64,000 nt of DNA from a virus. Shown one piece after another: positions 59,871-64,000 of the stretch. Position 1 is the first letter of the stretch; each line of letters begins with the position of its first letter. The notes under the pieces are model-generated. The model saw only the letters and a list, made by a program, of their open reading frames with translations. It made no database searches and was not told where the DNA came from. Position numbers and translations under genes: made by a program. The stretch is taken from IMG/VR virus record IMGVR_UViG_3300037521_000114, positions 37,195 through 101,194 of that record. One strand, 5' to 3'.

Positions 59871-60556
59871 TAGATGTAAAACAATCAAGATTCCGTGATG
59901 CTTCGTGGTTTGAGAAACTATCGAAGTACACGGTTCCTATCATTATTGGAGGCGTGGGAGGAATAGGTAGCTGGTTGACTCTTTACCTTTCGAGGATGAT
60001 GGGACCAGACAGCTACCTTATTCTCTACGACTTTGATAAAGTAGAGGAAATAAACATGGCTGGACAACTGTTCAGGATTCAGGATATAGGTTTGCTGAAA
60101 GTTGCTGCTGTAAAAGATGTAGTAGCAGCGTTCAGTGGTTACGATAAGATCGTAGCACAACCTGATCGGTATGATGAGGATTCCCTGAGGAGTCCTGTCA
60201 TGTTCTCCTGTTTCGATAACATGAAAGCGAGAAAGGTAATGTTCGAGAATTGGTTACAGGAAGCTGAGAAGTATCCTGAATCCATATTCATCGACGGTAG
60301 GTTAAACGCAGAGCAATTCCAAGTATATTATGTTACTCTTGAATGGGCAAAAAAGTATTCCGACACTTACCTTTTTGATGATGCAGAGGTCGAGGACGCA
60401 GCGTGTAGTTATAAGCAAACCAGTCATTTTGCTGCCTCCATCGCTGCGAAAATGGTCCAAGGATTCACGGGGTTTCTTGATGATACTTACGAACTCCCGT
60501 TTCGGTACGAAGAGATCGGACCATTGTTCTTAACAGAAATTGATAATGGAAGCTAA
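59867..60556 (+). CDS. ThiF/MoeB/E1-like adenylating enzyme
   Basis: GVGGIGSW, DFDKVEEINMAGQ, K, CFDNMKAR, DGR, candidate catalytic Cys in DAACSYK. Confidence 0.9.
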   Translation: MIDVKQSRFRDASWFEKLSKYTVPIIIGGVGGIGSWLTLYLSRMMGPDSYLILYDFDKVEEINMAGQLFRIQDIGLLKVAAVKDVVAAFSGYDKIVAQPDRYDEDSLRSPVMFSCFDNMKARKVMFENWLQEAEKYPESIFIDGRLNAEQFQVYYVTLEWAKKYSDTYLFDDAEVEDAACSYKQTSHFAASIAAKMVQGFTGFLDDTYELPFRYEEIGPLFLTEIDNGS

Positions 60557-61328
60557 GGATATTTGCAACATTCGTGACAGTGTCTATAATGGGTCACATG
60601 CGATAGATTCCGAGATTGGATTTAATATTCATGACGGATATTACCCTTTGCCTCGTATTAAGACACAGTACGATTCATCAAAGAACCCTTATTTTAGAAC
60701 TGCCTGTCAAAGTCAATATGGAGGATCACGAATTACTGATAACGTATATTACCAAATAAGTGGTCCGGGACAATCCATGAAATATAAGAAGACAAGACGC
60801 TATAGTGATGCAAAATTTGTCAACTTCTATTTCGGATTTTTTACTGCATTGGGAATTACTCAACTTGATTATCTTCCAACAACTATGCTTGGTTCAACAG
60901 AACACATGATGTTTGGAGAACCAGACGTTTTCTGTATAGGAGTAGTTAAAGTAGGTGCACCTATTGATGTTAAATTGACGTATCAAAATCATGCTCGTCG
61001 AAGTAGTCGTTACGTGTATCATTCAACCAGTTATGAAATAAAGATAAACTACAAGGATATTATTATTCTTGTTTCTGAAGAAAAATTACGAAGAGCAGCT
61101 TTTGCAAAGACATATTACACAGCAACCGTAAGAAAAGCAATTTTAGGAAATTTATTGAAACTTCAACGTAAACATGGAATGGCATTTGAAGATGTCCCTG
61201 ACGCATATCTGAAGAATTTCGTAAAAAGTTCTAAGTCAATTAGAACGAACTCCTTAGTTGAAACCTTGACTATCGGTAGAGATATTAAGGAGAATGTATT
61301 TTCTAACCTTAATAAATTAGCAGTATGA
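60540..61328 (+). CDS. Hypothetical protein coupled to the E1 gene
   Basis: 262 aa; overlaps both neighbours. Confidence 0.6.
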   Translation: MIMEAKDICNIRDSVYNGSHAIDSEIGFNIHDGYYPLPRIKTQYDSSKNPYFRTACQSQYGGSRITDNVYYQISGPGQSMKYKKTRRYSDAKFVNFYFGFFTALGITQLDYLPTTMLGSTEHMMFGEPDVFCIGVVKVGAPIDVKLTYQNHARRSSRYVYHSTSYEIKINYKDIIILVSEEKLRRAAFAKTYYTATVRKAILGNLLKLQRKHGMAFEDVPDAYLKNFVKSSKSIRTNSLVETLTIGRDIKENVFSNLNKLAV

Positions 61329-62389
61329 CAGAACAAGAGTATCGCGCACTTGACCGTGTGAGCTATTCGTCACTCTCTAAGTTAGCAAGTTCACCACAGG
61401 CTTACAAAGCAGGTGTTGAGGGTCAGAAGGAAGAAACTTCCTACATGACTCTCGGCACTGTGGTGGACATGCTGCTAACTGACAAAAAGAGATTTGACGA
61501 TGAAGTTTACGTGATGACAGCAGACAAACCTTCTGCTGAGACAATGCTAATGTATTGTAATACTTTAGCTGAGACAGGCGACTCAATAAAAGCCTATCAA
61601 GCATCAGGATATAAGATTAGTCCTAATGCAGTATCAACTAAATTTGATAAAGAAGGCAGAGCATATTTTGACGCATTACTTGACGCAAAAGGAAAATTGA
61701 TTATTGACGCAGATGGAATGTTTACAGCAAATCAAATTGTAGCAGAGCTTACCTCAAACTTATTTACTAAAGGATATTTTCTACCAACCAGATCACCAGA
61801 TATTGAACTCAAATTCCAAGTCCCAATCCTATGGGAAGTTCAGACTAAATCTCTTATTGATCCTGAAGAGATAGTAACTACCGAACTCAAGAGCCTTCTT
61901 GATGTGGTGTTTATTGATCATAGAAAAGGATTAGTGCTTCCTGTTGATTTAAAGACAGGTGGAGAAGGTTTCATGAAATCCTATTGGAGATACCACAGGT
62001 ATCTACAGGGAGCTATGTACACTGATGCTGTAAGAGGTAGGAGGTGGCAGAGACATGATGAAGCTGAACGTGAATACGAAGTAGAACCCATGAGGTTTGT
62101 CTTCGCTGACACAAATCTGATACATCCTCCTGTAGTATGGTGTATGAGCCAATTAGATGTTCTCGGAGGAAAAGAAGGAATACCATATCTTGCACTACGA
62201 CCAGGAATTTCAGCAGGTGGAAAAGATGAAATGGTATGGGTTCCTACCGACAGAATAAAACGCAAAGGATATTTACAACTGATTGCAGAATTAGATTGGC
62301 ACACTAAAATGGACCAGTGGCGTTACTCTTACGACACCTATCAAAAGAATGGTGAAATGGAGATTGACGCATTTGAAATAAGAATTTAA
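61325..62389 (+). CDS. PD-(D/E)XK exonuclease (RecE/Cas4-like)
   Basis: SYSSLS, LGTVVD, KSLLD, VDLKT, YLQGAMY. Confidence 0.8.
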   Translation: MTEQEYRALDRVSYSSLSKLASSPQAYKAGVEGQKEETSYMTLGTVVDMLLTDKKRFDDEVYVMTADKPSAETMLMYCNTLAETGDSIKAYQASGYKISPNAVSTKFDKEGRAYFDALLDAKGKLIIDADGMFTANQIVAELTSNLFTKGYFLPTRSPDIELKFQVPILWEVQTKSLIDPEEIVTTELKSLLDVVFIDHRKGLVLPVDLKTGGEGFMKSYWRYHRYLQGAMYTDAVRGRRWQRHDEAEREYEVEPMRFVFADTNLIHPPVVWCMSQLDVLGGKEGIPYLALRPGISAGGKDEMVWVPTDRIKRKGYLQLIAELDWHTKMDQWRYSYDTYQKNGEMEIDAFEIRI

Positions 62390-62401
62390 AACCCTTTCCC
62401 A

Positions 62402-63175
62402 ATGTTTAGAGACAAGATAAAAGTCGGTACTCACGCTGTCATAAATGTTATGACAGTTGATGCGAGGAGACTGTATCTTGATACTTCCAACATTGCGTTC
62501 ATGAACACTGAAATGGACGAAACTAATAGTCACATTACAGCTATTTCATTTGAAAACAAGGTAATCCTGAGACAAGGAGACAAGATTCAAATGAAACTCG
62601 GTACAGTTAATACTGTATATGAGGTAGCTTATATGGTTATTGAAAAAAAGGGCAAATCTGTAGTCGTCTATAGTGCACTACCGACAAAGACTGAATTGTT
62701 TTTACTTCCTGCTATTGGAAAGACCCAAAAGCAACTGAAGTTTAATACTTACTTTGTCAATGCACAACTTGATTATTCTCATGAGTTCTTATGTCTAACG
62801 TACAGATTTACAGGGACAGAGACTTATAAGGAGTTCGAGAATTATATGGTTACGGACCCTCTATGTACCTTCCATCTTGAACATGGTAAATACCAAGTAA
62901 CATATATGTTTAAGATCCCTTTGAAGTTTAACGCAGATGTGTTATCTTTCGTAGAAGGAAGATACTCCAAGTTCTCTAAGGCGTTGATTGATCGCATACG
63001 AAGATTTCATGGTACAGAAAGTAGTAAGCCTATGCTTGAAATTATCCGCAAGGATAAAGACCTGAAGGCTAATATGGAAAGATATTTAGGAATGGAATTA
63101 CCTGCCACGAGTGAACTTGCATCAAAACCAGATATTAAAACAGAAATATATCAGCCTTATGACAGATCAAAGTAA
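62402..63175 (+). CDS. Hypothetical protein
   Basis: 257 aa; C-terminal FVEGRYSKFS...ELASKP. Confidence 0.6.
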   Translation: MFRDKIKVGTHAVINVMTVDARRLYLDTSNIAFMNTEMDETNSHITAISFENKVILRQGDKIQMKLGTVNTVYEVAYMVIEKKGKSVVVYSALPTKTELFLLPAIGKTQKQLKFNTYFVNAQLDYSHEFLCLTYRFTGTETYKEFENYMVTDPLCTFHLEHGKYQVTYMFKIPLKFNADVLSFVEGRYSKFSKALIDRIRRFHGTESSKPMLEIIRKDKDLKANMERYLGMELPATSELASKPDIKTEIYQPYDRSK

Positions 63176-63935
63176 TTATTATCAATTGATGGAGCGTCGT
63201 GCATTAGGTGCTCCAATTCCGGCTCGTACAGACACTTACAGTCCTGTCAGCCATGCTGAAATTATTGAGGCAATGAAATCTCGACTCACACACAATAACC
63301 TTAGTATTGAGAAAAATAGAGTTTACTCTAATTCTCAAGGTACTCGTGTTGTTGGATTTTTTGATGTCATAGATGGTAGTGAACTCGGTAAGGAACATGG
63401 TATGCAGATGATGCTCGGCTATCGCAACTCTTATGACAAGTCAATGTCAGTTGCATTTGCCGCAGGAGCAACAGTATGGATTTGTGAGAACGGTTGTATC
63501 TCAGGTGATTTACTTGCATTTCGCAGGAAACATACTGGAACCGTTGCGTCTGAACTTGCTGATAAGATACAAACTGGTATCGACAGAATGAGAGATGATT
63601 TTGGAAGACTTCTGATTGAAGTGGATATTATGAAGAACTATTCTCTGACTCCACGACAGAAAGCTGAAATCTTAGGAGTAATGTATTTCGAGAGGAACAT
63701 TGTTTCTCCTACTCAACTCTCTATTGTAAAACATGAGTTGAAACACAGTCATAATTTTAAGGAGGATAATGCTTGGAGCCTTTACAACAATGTAACGGAG
63801 TCCTTAAAGCGTTCTCATCCTATAAGTATTATTCCTGATCACATCAAAGTTCATGGTTTCATGAAGGAGATGTGCGGAATGAGTACTGTTGGATCATTAC
63901 CTGAGACAGATGTTGAATCCACAGTTGAAGGATAA
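63159..63935 (+). CDS. DUF932-like protein
   Basis: YSPVSH, NSYDKS, VWICENG, RRKHT, AWSLYNNVTE; likely start MTDQSN. Confidence 0.75.
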   Translation: MTDQSNYYQLMERRALGAPIPARTDTYSPVSHAEIIEAMKSRLTHNNLSIEKNRVYSNSQGTRVVGFFDVIDGSELGKEHGMQMMLGYRNSYDKSMSVAFAAGATVWICENGCISGDLLAFRRKHTGTVASELADKIQTGIDRMRDDFGRLLIEVDIMKNYSLTPRQKAEILGVMYFERNIVSPTQLSIVKHELKHSHNFKEDNAWSLYNNVTESLKRSHPISIIPDHIKVHGFMKEMCGMSTVGSLPETDVESTVEG

Positions 63936-64000
63936 GTTTTTGGAATTGTTGGGGAAGGAGTGGTTCAAAAGGATGGAGAGCTACTTGAACGGTGATGACT

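Noticed and set aside
59867-60556. ThiF/MoeB as a cofactor-biosynthesis auxiliary gene
   Set aside because: No ThiS/ThiG/MoaD/MoaE or sulfurtransferase nearby; context is JAB plus an E2-like gene.

Overview
64 kb of a Crassvirales (crAss-like) phage genome, standard genetic code, probably infecting a Bacteroidota host (several TAnnTTTG-type promoter boxes). About 1-39.6 kb on the minus strand is the late module: cargo proteins, tail muzzle/ring/hub proteins, a 2.8-kaa fibre, a lysis cassette, capsid proteins, scaffold, portal and TerL. About 39.8-64 kb on the plus strand holds small early genes interleaved with structured non-coding RNA, then the replication module (PolB, SF2 helicase, DnaB, Sak4-like ATPase, SSB-like protein, primase, RusA-like nuclease). 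Three things stand out. (1) A four-gene cluster in the replication module (55793-60556) looks like a complete phage-encoded ubiquitin-like conjugation system: Ubl precursor, E2-like protein, JAB/JAMM protease and ThiF/E1. (2) Two pistol ribozymes flank a ~344-nt structured RNA (40279-40693). (3) An ~86-nt miniature tmRNA-like RNA with alanine identity elements (46039-46124) follows another structured RNA. All family assignments come from motif recognition and gene order by eye; no searches were run.
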